Positions 20,198 through 29,314 of a stretch of DNA of 64,000 nucleotides are shown here, in pieces. Both the position numbers and the translations under genes were made by a program. The notes below the pieces were generated by a model, which saw nothing but the letters and a program-made list of their open reading frames with translations, was not told the origin of the DNA and did no database searches. Position 1 is the stretch's first letter, and every line of letters begins with the position of its first letter. This stretch comes from Candidatus Babeliales bacterium. Its GTDB lineage: Bacteria > Babelota > Babeliae > Babelales > JANWKD01. The stretch covers positions 352,001 through 416,000 of the forward strand of contig CAVRJM010000001.1 in NCBI GenBank assembly GCA_963722075.1, in the 5' to 3' direction.

Positions 20198-20974
20198 ATG
20201 AAAAATAGTAGCGTTTTAATACTTGCGTTCTTATTATATGGCGTTATGCAGGCTATGGAAGCACCAAAAGGTAGCGCATGCCGCATGACTTCATTGGTAA
20301 AGATATCTGCATTGGAGAATATTATAGGCCGATTTTTAGGGCAAGTCTCACCTTCGCCTTCTTTAGAAGATCTATTCAAAGTTTTAGATATTAAATGCAA
20401 TTATAAAGATCATGATCCATTTGGCTTTGTAGCTACGAGTCAACCATCTTTATATATTCTATTAAATGTTCTTATCGATCAAAAAATAGCGGGGAAATTG
20501 CCACATGTTTCAATCGATACTATTAAAGAATTAAACAATGTTTTTAAAAAGAAAACTACTGAATCATTGCGCCATATTGATAATCAAATTGAACGGTTAA
20601 AAAAAGGGGAGGCATCCTTTAAAGAAGCGCAATCACAAGGATTAGTTATTTCTGAAGAAGCGCCTCACATTGATCCATTGAGCAGCGATACTTTACGGAT
20701 TATTGAGCGCGTTGTTAGAAGGGGAGCCCCTTTTAGATTCAGAGAGTTTCTTAAGGAATTTAAGGTAGATTGTAATAAGTTTTTACCCAATGATTTTGAA
20801 TTGCCTGCGGTTTATTTGTTGATGAAAAATTTATTGTTAGGTAAAACATCACGCTATACCTATAAGAAATTAAAGAGCATTTCTATTGATAAAGTTATAG
20901 AATTAAATAATTATCTCAAAGTAATTGCGGTATATTATCAGCATGAATTAGATGATAAAATAAAAAGTTTATGA
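20198..20974 (+). CDS. Secreted hypothetical protein with internal duplication
   Basis: Signal peptide MQA|ME; SIDTIKELNNVFK repeated as SIDKVIELNNYLK. Confidence 0.75.
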   Translation: MKNSSVLILAFLLYGVMQAMEAPKGSACRMTSLVKISALENIIGRFLGQVSPSPSLEDLFKVLDIKCNYKDHDPFGFVATSQPSLYILLNVLIDQKIAGKLPHVSIDTIKELNNVFKKKTTESLRHIDNQIERLKKGEASFKEAQSQGLVISEEAPHIDPLSSDTLRIIERVVRRGAPFRFREFLKEFKVDCNKFLPNDFELPAVYLLMKNLLLGKTSRYTYKKLKSISIDKVIELNNYLKVIAVYYQHELDDKIKSL

Positions 20975-20997
20975 TAATTGCCATTAAAGGTTTTGGA

Positions 20998-21741
20998 ATG
21001 CTTATACATATTATTTCGTTAATTTGTTCCTTTTTTATTATTACGCTTTTTCCTTCATGCAAAGAAATGGAAAAATCAAAAAAACCAGGAACCATAATAT
21101 TTTTACATGGGATTTCATCGGCAGGAAAAACGTCAGTTGCAAAAAAATTACAAGATGTGTTACCAGAGTATTATAATTATGCAGATTTAGATGCATTTAC
21201 CAGTATGACACCAAAACGGCTGGTAAATTTTGATCCAAATGCACAGCCATCTGTTGAAGCGGCTGAACAAGGCATTGTTATTGAACCGATCACGTATGAT
21301 GGTCAGCAGGTAATGGTGGTAAAAACAGGTTCCTATTCGCAAAAGGGCGGTATGTTATTACCTAAATTATATAAGTTGTATGTAGAAAATGGCTTTAATT
21401 TAATTATTGAATTTGCATTTTCAGGTATTGATCAACAGTTACAAGAAAACTATTTAAAAGAATATCTCAAAGAGTTGCATTCATTTCGTGTTTATTTTAT
21501 TAATCTAACGGTTTCTCCTGAGGTCGCTTCACAACGCGAATTACAGCGTGGCGGTTTTAAAGGATTATCAGCGGGACAACGTTTATTTATGCTCAAAGAA
21601 TTTACTGAACCACAAACCTTTGATTTAGAAATTGATACATCAAATCTTACGCCTGAGCAAATTGCACAACAAATTGATGCGTTTATGCAATCTCATCCAC
21701 AGCCAGAAGCATTTAATAAATTATATAAGAAATATTTTTAA
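20998..21741 (+). CDS. Chloramphenicol phosphotransferase-like P-loop kinase, possible lipoprotein
   Basis: IIFLHGISSAGKTS, RELQRG, DLEIDTS.LTPEQ.A; hydrophobic N-terminus ending LFPSC. Confidence 0.8.
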   Translation: MLIHIISLICSFFIITLFPSCKEMEKSKKPGTIIFLHGISSAGKTSVAKKLQDVLPEYYNYADLDAFTSMTPKRLVNFDPNAQPSVEAAEQGIVIEPITYDGQQVMVVKTGSYSQKGGMLLPKLYKLYVENGFNLIIEFAFSGIDQQLQENYLKEYLKELHSFRVYFINLTVSPEVASQRELQRGGFKGLSAGQRLFMLKEFTEPQTFDLEIDTSNLTPEQIAQQIDAFMQSHPQPEAFNKLYKKYF

Positions 21742-21767
21742 TGAATAAAAGAAGAGGTTTTTTCTTT

Positions 21768-22314
21768 ATGAATAGCACTATTCAAGTAGTTTTATTTTTT
21801 AGTTTTATAACTTTTGGGGCTACTCAAATTGTATCGATGGAAAATAAACCAGTTTCTTCTAATACACATCCTATTAACTGGGCAATTAATTTGTCATAGG
21901 ATACGATCGAACATAGTTGGGGAACTTGGAATGATTTTTTTCGTGAACAAATTAATCCATTACTAAATCGTAACCTATTTGATAAAGCCATAAAAAACGG
22001 ATCGTACCAAACAATGTCAGCCTATGAATTTTTAGCATTAAATGTTGAAAATCAACGTCTTAATAAATATAAAAATGCAAAAAATGCGCAAGAAGCATAC
22101 CCCGAAAATGACCGTCCTCGTGGAAAAAAAGATATCGATAGCGTTAATTTTTTGAGAACACGTGCCTGTGTAAGTCCGATTGTGGTTTGCAATAGTAACT
22201 GATAAAGAAGGTCTAATACATTATATTAAACTTGATGATGTTCATCGGCTAATAGCGGCAGCAATAAAAAAATCTCCCATTAAAGTCTTTTTTATTGATT
22301 TAGAAATTAAATAG
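21768..22314 (+). pseudogene. Disrupted secreted protein with ParB/sulfiredoxin-like motif
   Basis: Signal peptide, in-frame TAG at 21897-21899, frame continues into ORF 22014..22202, then a frameshift near 22185 restores SPIVVAIV...LDDVHRLIAA, stop 22312-22314. Confidence 0.7.
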
Positions 22315-22371
22315 TAACTATATTTCCAATTCCATAGCCAACAGCATTTGATCAGTTATATAAGAAATATA

Positions 22372-23628
22372 TCAGTATTCAAAATTATTTATTATAGCCC
22401 ATGTATCTATGGCTTCTAAAATAAGCTTGCTTTGTTCATCATCTTTATTAACTGCTATAGATATAACTTTTTTAATGATTTCCGGATTGAGTGTTTTAGG
22501 ATTTGCATATTGTAGAAGTAGCTTTACTATTGGTAAATTATCATGATGTGCAGCCAAGCTAAAGGCAGAACTATTCAATTTATCAATTACATTAACATTT
22601 GCGCCGTGTTTTAAAAATAATTGAACAAGTTTATATATAAGTGGTGAAGGTTTATTTCTACATAATGAAATAAGTGGTGTACTTCCTGATGAATCGATTC
22701 CATTAATATTTGCACCACGTTCTAATAAAAAAAAGATTAATTTTATATATTTTTTATTTAAATTATTTACTGAATCAACCATAATAACATTTAATAAAGG
22801 ACCGTTGATAGAATAAGTGGCAACGGGGTCCTGGATTGATTCGTTAGGGCTCAGGCCAAGTTTAATAATTTTTTTTAATTTTTTATAAGCATCGTTAGCA
22901 TCGTTATTCGCAGCTTGAGGGTGATTTTTTATATTGTAATTATAAGTAAAAAAAGGAAGTAGAAGCTTAGAAATATAAGGTTTAAAAATAGCTGCTGAGG
23001 GATTTGTGAATTTTAATAATATTGTAAATAATTTTGGTTTTATTGTATATATATATGCATGTAATAAATAAAGACCATATTCTTTATTATTTAAAACAAC
23101 TAATAATTTTTGTAACTCACCTGCATTATTTTGCTTAATGGAATTATCTACATTTTTTAAGGTTTTCGCCGTATTACCTAACATATAAATAAATAATGGA
23201 TTAACGTTTATTTCTACCCAATCTTCAACTGAGCCATAAAGAACTGGCTGATATTCCCTTAGATAATTTAATGCATTATCTGTAATGAAAATGCCGTTAG
23301 ATATAGAATCAAACCGACGAGCAATTTCAATTGATAAGTGATCTAAAAAGTCACTATCTTGTAATACTACATATAAATTTGTATTAGTCATTGAAAGTCT
23401 AGATAATTCTTTAATAAATTGAATTAATTGATCTTTGGAATTAATAGTTTTTGGCAATAAATTCAAGACTATTTTATAAATAAGTTCAAAGGGTAATGTT
23501 CCTAATGAAGGTTTTTCTGGAATAGGGGCAAGTTGTATAGTTTCGACCGATTCTTCGGGTTCTTCCATTGGGATAGAAAAAGTGAAGAAAGAAATAATAA
23601 AAATACCTAGAAACAGTTTATTTTTCAT
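22372..23628 (-). CDS. Secreted ankyrin-repeat protein with N-terminal F-box-like motif
   Basis: Signal peptide; LGTLPFELIYKIVLNL; GANINGIDSSGSTPL, GANVNVID...SAFSLAA. Confidence 0.85.
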   Translation of the reverse strand: MKNKLFLGIFIISFFTFSIPMEEPEESVETIQLAPIPEKPSLGTLPFELIYKIVLNLLPKTINSKDQLIQFIKELSRLSMTNTNLYVVLQDSDFLDHLSIEIARRFDSISNGIFITDNALNYLREYQPVLYGSVEDWVEINVNPLFIYMLGNTAKTLKNVDNSIKQNNAGELQKLLVVLNNKEYGLYLLHAYIYTIKPKLFTILLKFTNPSAAIFKPYISKLLLPFFTYNYNIKNHPQAANNDANDAYKKLKKIIKLGLSPNESIQDPVATYSINGPLLNVIMVDSVNNLNKKYIKLIFFLLERGANINGIDSSGSTPLISLCRNKPSPLIYKLVQLFLKHGANVNVIDKLNSSAFSLAAHHDNLPIVKLLLQYANPKTLNPEIIKKVISIAVNKDDEQSKLILEAIDTWAIINNFEY

Positions 23629-23664
23629 GGTTTCTCCATTTTAATCAAAAATCTGTATATTCTA

Positions 23665-23693
23665 ATTGTAATAATTTATATAGAATAAGTCAA
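23665..23693 (-). promoter_or_regulatory. Sigma70-type promoter for 22372..23628
   Basis: Minus strand TTGACT-17 bp-TACAAT. Confidence 0.55.
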
Positions 23694-23710
23694 TAAATTA
23701 TGTATTTAAA

Positions 23711-23900
23711 TCGGGACAAAGCATTTAAAATATCGAATTCAAAAGAGTTTAATAAAATGCTGGATTGCTTCGACAAGCTCGCAACGACGTTTTTTGCTTT
23801 CGGCTATCGTCGTCCCGAGCGAAGCGTGGGGATCCAGGCCAAATTAATATGATTTAATTTTTTTAGCTTAAATACTTATCATTTGATGCGTTTGTGCTGA
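23711..23900. mobile_element. MITE-like element (family C) containing a family A palindrome at about 23760-23838
   Basis: Imperfect TIRs TCGGGACAAAGCATT / ATGCGTTTGTGCTGA; aligns with 42232-42356 apart from a 68 bp internal segment. Confidence 0.75.
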
Positions 23901-23915
23901 TAGTAATGACCTCTA

Positions 23916-24842
23916 TTATAATTCTAATGCCATCTTGATAATGGCATGATCAGAAAAATGCTTAATATGTTTAATATCCTGATTAACATGTCTGAGTAAA
24001 TTATTGGGATTTTCAGGGGAATAAATCAGATTTTTTACCGTGAACTGCTTACTATAAAAAATAAAATCATTAAGATTAAATCCTTGTTGCGCGCCGGTTG
24101 AGGTTGGTACTAATGGAAGCATATCAGCATTGCTTTTCATTTCATGCACATAGTGCTGTAACTTATTATATTTTTTTTTATTTAACTTATCAGTGCCTTG
24201 CAATACGGAGTAATTAAAATCTCCGCATATAATCCATGGTAGATTTTTTGGCGCGCGATCAATTGTATCTTTAATAATAGAAAAATGATCTGCATGATCC
24301 TCATTGAGCATAAAAGGTATATGCGTATTGATAATGCCTATTGCTTTCTTTTTTTTAGTTTGCAAATGCGCAACCATCATTTTTTTATTAGGAGTAAACA
24401 CCATAAATTCGTAGGAAAGAATAGTAAATTTATGCTTATTAATGAGTGTGAGTACGCCGTCTTTTTGTGCAATGCTATCAATAATATAATAATAATCATT
24501 GGGTGAATATGCATCTAATAAGGTGTTATTAAACCTCTTATATTGTACTTCTCTATTATTATTAAAATAATCGTATTTAGTTTCCTTATGGCCATTTACC
24601 ATAACAACTTCTTGTTCAAATTGTTTACGTAATTCCCCTGGGTTATAGGGCCATTCTTGAAAACAAAGGATATCACACCCATTAAGGATATGGCCCGGTC
24701 GTAATGCTTGTTTAAAAAGAGAACATCTTTTTTTAATAGCAATGGGATACTGATCTACATATTGAATGTAATAAGGCTCATAAAGCACATTACAAGTGGC
24801 AGCGGTTATGGTTGAGGCTGATGATCGTTTCATATGGATCAT
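23916..24842 (-). CDS. Endonuclease/exonuclease/phosphatase (EEP) family protein, paralog 1
   Basis: TCNVL, DILCFQE, INTH, ICGDFN, DFIFY, FSDH. Confidence 0.9.
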   Translation of the reverse strand: MIHMKRSSASTITAATCNVLYEPYYIQYVDQYPIAIKKRCSLFKQALRPGHILNGCDILCFQEWPYNPGELRKQFEQEVVMVNGHKETKYDYFNNNREVQYKRFNNTLLDAYSPNDYYYIIDSIAQKDGVLTLINKHKFTILSYEFMVFTPNKKMMVAHLQTKKKKAIGIINTHIPFMLNEDHADHFSIIKDTIDRAPKNLPWIICGDFNYSVLQGTDKLNKKKYNKLQHYVHEMKSNADMLPLVPTSTGAQQGFNLNDFIFYSKQFTVKNLIYSPENPNNLLRHVNQDIKHIKHFSDHAIIKMALEL

Positions 24843-24906
24843 TTCTTAAATAATTGTTATTATTATATCATATAAAGATTTATAAAACTTTTTCTATATT
24901 TTTATT

Positions 24907-25524
24907 ATGAATAATATTCTTTTATTGGCATCTCAATCATATTCGCGTCGTCAATTACTCAGTCAAGCAGCTATCCCTTTTGTATTGTTAGAACAATCAG
25001 CTGATGAAAATGCCTGCGATTGGAATATGCCACTTACTCAGTTAGTTACTTCAATCGCTAAGCATAAAATGGAACAGGTTATTTTACCGCGTCACACAGA
25101 TAGTAAACCGATTTTTGTGTTGACGGCTGATACCTTAACGCAAGATCTATCAGGAACGATTTTGGGTAAACCAACATCGCGATCCCATGCACTTGAAATG
25201 CTACGCGCAGTGCGCGCAGGGGCTCGTATTGCTACGGCATTTTGCTTAGATAAAAAAATTTATCGCTTTGATACCTGGCAGACCCAAGAACGAATTATAA
25301 TGGTAGTAGAATCGAGTTGTATATTTAATGTGCCTGAGCAATGGCTTGAACAATATCTTTATCATGTACCCGCATTAAGTTGTTCTGCAGCCATGTATAT
25401 TGAAGGGTATGGGGCGCAATTTTTAAAATCCGTAACGGGTTCTTATAGTACCATTATTGGTTTACCTATATGTGAGGTGCGGCAAGCCTTAGAAAAAATG
25501 GGATTTTTTAGCGAGAGTATTTAA
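24907..25524 (+). CDS. maf: Maf family nucleotide pyrophosphatase, paralog 2
   Basis: LLASQSYSRR, TADT, LGKP, GSYSTIIGLP. Confidence 0.85.
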   Translation: MNNILLLASQSYSRRQLLSQAAIPFVLLEQSADENACDWNMPLTQLVTSIAKHKMEQVILPRHTDSKPIFVLTADTLTQDLSGTILGKPTSRSHALEMLRAVRAGARIATAFCLDKKIYRFDTWQTQERIIMVVESSCIFNVPEQWLEQYLYHVPALSCSAAMYIEGYGAQFLKSVTGSYSTIIGLPICEVRQALEKMGFFSESI

Positions 25525-25932
25525 TAGACTGCTTATGGATTGAGAGTTATAGCAAATTAATGTACAGCAAAATCCCAACGTTAAAAAAGCGCTATTATTA
25601 AATAAATGTTTTTTGGCTTGCAAAAATGGTTTAATTTTTGCTGCTTCATGTTGCTGCCTAAGTGATTCATTACCTTCTTCTATTAATTTATTTTCTTCTT
25701 TTATATCTGCTTGTTGTTGTTTACTTCCTTGTAATGGTTTTAAGCTTGAAAGTATGAGTGGCTTATTTTTATCAGCAGCCTCTTTATAAATTGTATACGA
25801 TATAATAGTTCTATAAAGTTGAATAGCCGTTAAGCCAGCGCACAACGTGGTGCCTATGGTAGAAAACGTCAACGGCACTTCAGAATACATGGTATTGTAA
25901 AATATGAACAGTATAATTAAGCACTTTTTCAT
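25489..25932 (-). CDS. Hypothetical membrane protein
   Basis: Signal peptide plus two hydrophobic segments; start overlaps the upstream EEP stop. Confidence 0.65.
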   Translation of the reverse strand: MKKCLIILFIFYNTMYSEVPLTFSTIGTTLCAGLTAIQLYRTIISYTIYKEAADKNKPLILSSLKPLQGSKQQQADIKEENKLIEEGNESLRQQHEAAKIKPFLQAKKHLFNNSAFLTLGFCCTLICYNSQSISSLLNTLAKKSHFF

Positions 25933-27002
25933 AGCTGAAATTCTATTCGTATCACTGCATGATCCGAAAAATAATCATTTTCATTAGGATCTTGATTTTC
26001 ATGATGAATTAATTGACCAGCAGTTGGAAATAATGACGCATTAAGCACTTTCATCGTGTTGCTAAAAAATACATAATCGTCATGCTCTGGATAATTATGA
26101 GCGCCCCATGCCGTTGCAGGGAGATAATATCCGCTTTTTTCCTGTTGTCCCAGTAATAAAACCACATTGTTAAAATGAGGAAAGCGGTTTGCTAACTGGT
26201 TAAAAAGTGTTTGATCTAAATAATAATGATATTGAAGATCTAAAATATCATAATTAAAATCTCCACAGACAATCCAATAAGTAACGCTACTATTATCAGC
26301 GATTATCTTCTTAATAGTATTTAAGCCATGTAAATTTGCTTGTGCATTATACGGTAGATGTGCATTTATAACTCCCATAGTATGCGGATGATTTTTTGGT
26401 TGTATAATAGTAACCAAGATTCTTTTTGATATATCAAGCGTAATGGTTTGTGATGATAATAATTGAAATTTATTTTTATTTATTACGGTAAGTACCGTGT
26501 CATACGGGGCTAAGTTATCATAAATATATTCGTATGCCTGAGTAGGATATGCATCAGCAAGATCTTCAATAAATTTTAAATAAGAGGCATTGATAGAATT
26601 AAAATAATTATTCTTAGTTATAGCTTGCTTATTAATATAAATAACATCATTCTTATTTTGGCGTAATTCACCTACACCGTATGGCCATTCTTGAAAACAA
26701 AGAATATCAACGTTTTGCAAAGCATGATTATTTTGTAAACTTTTTCTAAAGGCGGCACGGCGATTTTGTATATCTATTAATACATTATTTTTTTTTAGAT
26801 ATTGAACGTAAAATGGTTCGTACAACATGTTGCAGGTAGTGAGCGTAAACTTAAATGGGATTGTTGCGAGCGTGGTAAGGGGCGTGCTGAGAGCGGTGTG
26901 TAATTGTTGTAATGAAGTTCGTAAGTGATTTAATTCAGTTTCTAAGGCCCCCAGATAATTGAATAGAAATAAGTGGACGAGCAGTAAAAAGTTTTTATTC
27001 AT
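25929..27002 (-). CDS. Secreted EEP family protein, paralog 2
   Basis: Signal peptide; TCNML, DILCFQEWPY, VCGDFN, DYVFF, FSDH. Confidence 0.9.
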   Translation of the reverse strand: MNKNFLLLVHLFLFNYLGALETELNHLRTSLQQLHTALSTPLTTLATIPFKFTLTTCNMLYEPFYVQYLKKNNVLIDIQNRRAAFRKSLQNNHALQNVDILCFQEWPYGVGELRQNKNDVIYINKQAITKNNYFNSINASYLKFIEDLADAYPTQAYEYIYDNLAPYDTVLTVINKNKFQLLSSQTITLDISKRILVTIIQPKNHPHTMGVINAHLPYNAQANLHGLNTIKKIIADNSSVTYWIVCGDFNYDILDLQYHYYLDQTLFNQLANRFPHFNNVVLLLGQQEKSGYYLPATAWGAHNYPEHDDYVFFSNTMKVLNASLFPTAGQLIHHENQDPNENDYFSDHAVIRIEFQL

Positions 27003-27065
27003 TATTTTTTCCTTTTTTTACTTAAAATACCGAAGTATAACCTTGAAAGCAATATTTCTGCACTT

Positions 27066-27256
27066 GTCATTCCGAGCGCGTCCGACCTCGCCACGGGGCT
27101 CCGCCGGATTCCGTCAATGATAGTGTGCCTGTCCGGCGAAGTTGTTTACACCGCCATAGCTTTTAGCGACGGCCGGATTAACGTAGATGGATGGGAATCC
27201 ATTAATAAGATTTTTCATTTATAAATGGATCACCACGGCTAACGCCTCGTGATGAC
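27066..27256. repeat. Triple-nested palindromic repeat (family A > family B doublet > extra family B hairpin)
   Basis: GTCATTCCGAG...CTCGTGATGAC outer inverted ends; B doublet 27078-27191; 34 bp insert 27144-27177. Confidence 0.85.
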
Positions 27257-27350
27257 GTTTTGTGGTTTTTATTGATTTTATAAGCCTTTTTTTGTTATTT
27301 TAATATAGTAGTATAAAAGTAGCCTTACGTTAAAAATAGGAGGTAATATC

Positions 27351-27557
27351 ATGGCTAAATACGGTAAAAAATCACAAGCAAGCGTAAAAGAAGCAATGCA
27401 TGAATATAAAGAAGGCGAATTAAAAAGTGGCCATAGCGGTAAACAAGTAAAAAGCCGTGAACAAGCGATTGCTATTGGTCTTTCAGAAGCGCGTAAACAA
27501 GGTGCTAAGGTACCGCCTGCCCCGCATAAAGCATCCCATTCAAAATCTTCTAAGTAA
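27351..27557 (+). CDS. Small basic protein (DUF6496-like)
   Basis: MHEYKEGELKSG.SGK.VKSREQAIAIGLSEAR; AGGAGGT RBS. Confidence 0.8.
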   Translation: MAKYGKKSQASVKEAMHEYKEGELKSGHSGKQVKSREQAIAIGLSEARKQGAKVPPAPHKASHSKSSK

Positions 27558-27574
27558 TGGTAAATAGGGTGCAA

Positions 27575-28192
27575 TTAATTGCACCCTATTATTCTTTTTA
27601 CATTACTATAGAATTCAAAAACGATTTTTTTGAACTGTTCATTGTTTTCTAATTGTTCAATATTATTTTTAAGTTCTGTAACATCTGCATGATGCAATAA
27701 ATGAGCAAAGGCAGCTATCATATCTAAGGATGGCTTTTGTGCGCAATATTTTTTGAGTATGCCATACCATTTTTTGATATATTTTTCTTCGATAGCCATT
27801 TCCAATATATCTGGATTATCAAAATAATCGCCAATCTCTTGCCATTGATCTTGCGTGAGCATTTCATAAATCAGCCGATCTTCTGCTATTTTCATACAAA
27901 AAGCACGATGAGGAAATTCAGGAATTAGTTCATACATACCATGCTCTTCAAAAAAACGTTCACGTTCAATATCTAGTAAGGCATGCACATCCATTCCTTT
28001 TTTAAATGAAGAATGCTCCTTTTGTATGGTTTGCCAGCTGGCATGGGGATTGTGTGTTTGTTCCCGTTCAATGATACCTAAATAACGTATATCCGGGAAA
28101 CTGGTGCCTATTATATATTCTTTTTGGGTAATTTCTGATAAACAGGGTAGTAATGAGAGTGCTACTATGATATGAGCGACAGGACCTGCCAT
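27575..28192 (-). CDS. Zinc-dependent phospholipase C/P1-like helical hydrolase homolog
   Basis: MAGPVAH, GTSFPDIRY, GMDVHALLD metal-ligand pattern. Confidence 0.55.
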   Translation of the reverse strand: MAGPVAHIIVALSLLPCLSEITQKEYIIGTSFPDIRYLGIIEREQTHNPHASWQTIQKEHSSFKKGMDVHALLDIERERFFEEHGMYELIPEFPHRAFCMKIAEDRLIYEMLTQDQWQEIGDYFDNPDILEMAIEEKYIKKWYGILKKYCAQKPSLDMIAAFAHLLHHADVTELKNNIEQLENNEQFKKIVFEFYSNVKRIIGCN

Positions 28193-28203
28193 AGGGTAAC
28201 CTT

Positions 28204-28232
28204 TTGACAAATAGGTAAGGTATATCTAAAAT
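28204..28232 (+). promoter_or_regulatory. Sigma70-type promoter for 28268..28969
   Basis: TTGACA-17 bp-TAAAAT. Confidence 0.6.
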
Positions 28233-28267
28233 GAAATATAATAATACATTATTATAGGAGGTTTTTT

Positions 28268-28969
28268 ATGAATAGTAAAAAAATAACAAAATATCTCATT
28301 CTTGTATCCCTTATTCTTATCAGTGCTTCTTCATTGTGCCAAGAACCTGTTTATAAAAAAGTAGTGGCGCTTTCCTCAGCAGATATTATTGGCATCCGGC
28401 AAGATGTAGCTATTGCGCAAAAAATCGTTACATTATTATGGAAAAAAGAAGAATTACGAAGCAATTTTTTTATTTTATTAGCGCCGCTGTTTAAACTTGT
28501 TTTTGATAAAAAAGTATCAGTTGAACAATTGGTTACTGATTACCCATCGTTAGCAAAATACAAAACTAAGCTCTATAAATTATTATCACGCGAAACTCCC
28601 GTAGCCGGTATACAAGAACTTATATATAGTTTAAAGCGGCAAGGTGTTTTTTTAGTGCTTGCTAATGATTCCTCACTTGATCAGCTTAATTATAATAAGC
28701 AAAAAAAATCAGATCTTTATAACTCCTTTAATGCAATTTATTCTGCTAATGATGATAAAGCCGCACCGTCCTATTATCAAAAATTAAGAAGCTATGTTAA
28801 TCAGATCGTTCCTACTACCCATGCGACTGAAATTCTGTTTGTTGATAGTAATAAATCTCATACTGATGCAGCCGGCAAAACTGATTTAAATATAGCGCCA
28901 CTTTTATTTGTTGGTTCTGATCAGTTGAAAGATGAGTTGGTGAAAAAAGAGTACTTGATTACTGTTTAG
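28268..28969 (+). CDS. Secreted degenerate HAD-like protein
   Basis: Signal peptide; LVLAND, DKAAPSYY, ILFVDSN..H.DAA resemble HAD motifs II-IV; motif I DxD not evident. Confidence 0.55.
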   Translation: MNSKKITKYLILVSLILISASSLCQEPVYKKVVALSSADIIGIRQDVAIAQKIVTLLWKKEELRSNFFILLAPLFKLVFDKKVSVEQLVTDYPSLAKYKTKLYKLLSRETPVAGIQELIYSLKRQGVFLVLANDSSLDQLNYNKQKKSDLYNSFNAIYSANDDKAAPSYYQKLRSYVNQIVPTTHATEILFVDSNKSHTDAAGKTDLNIAPLLFVGSDQLKDELVKKEYLITV

Positions 28970-29002
28970 TAAGGTATTGATACGCGCCTAATGATCCAGC
29001 AC

Positions 29003-29314
29003 TTACAAAAAGTGCAGCAGTACCAACAAAATTGCCTCACGCCGTTTAGATTTAACAACTTTCATTTCAAAGGGATTATGTGATCCACTTAAAAATTCAG
29101 AATAAGTATAGACGTCAGCAAATGAAATTAACGTAATAATGGTACCTACCATTAAACCAGCTATGGCGAAAAGCTTTAAGGGAGCTTCCGTAGTTCTAGA
29201 AATTTTTAAAGGAAATTCTACTACGTTTTGCGCGCATTTTAGCAAATCAAAGTTGCAACTGCTATAATTTATTGAGAAGCAACAGAGTAATAATAAACTA
29301 ATTTTTTTTACCAT
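29003..29314 (-). CDS. Hypothetical membrane protein
   Basis: Signal-like N-terminus and TM segment; part of the hspR-htpX run. Confidence 0.55.
   Translation of the reverse strand: MVKKISLLLLCCFSINYSSCNFDLLKCAQNVVEFPLKISRTTEAPLKLFAIAGLMVGTIITLISFADVYTYSEFLSGSHNPFEMKVVKSKRREAILLVLLHFL

Noticed and set aside
19051..23900. Integrated prophage or genomic island at tRNA-Gln
   Set aside because: No integrase, phage genes or duplicated tRNA 3' end (att site) were found downstream.
27278..27574. 98 aa minus-strand ORF
   Set aside because: Antisense to the small basic protein, which has a strong RBS and family motif.
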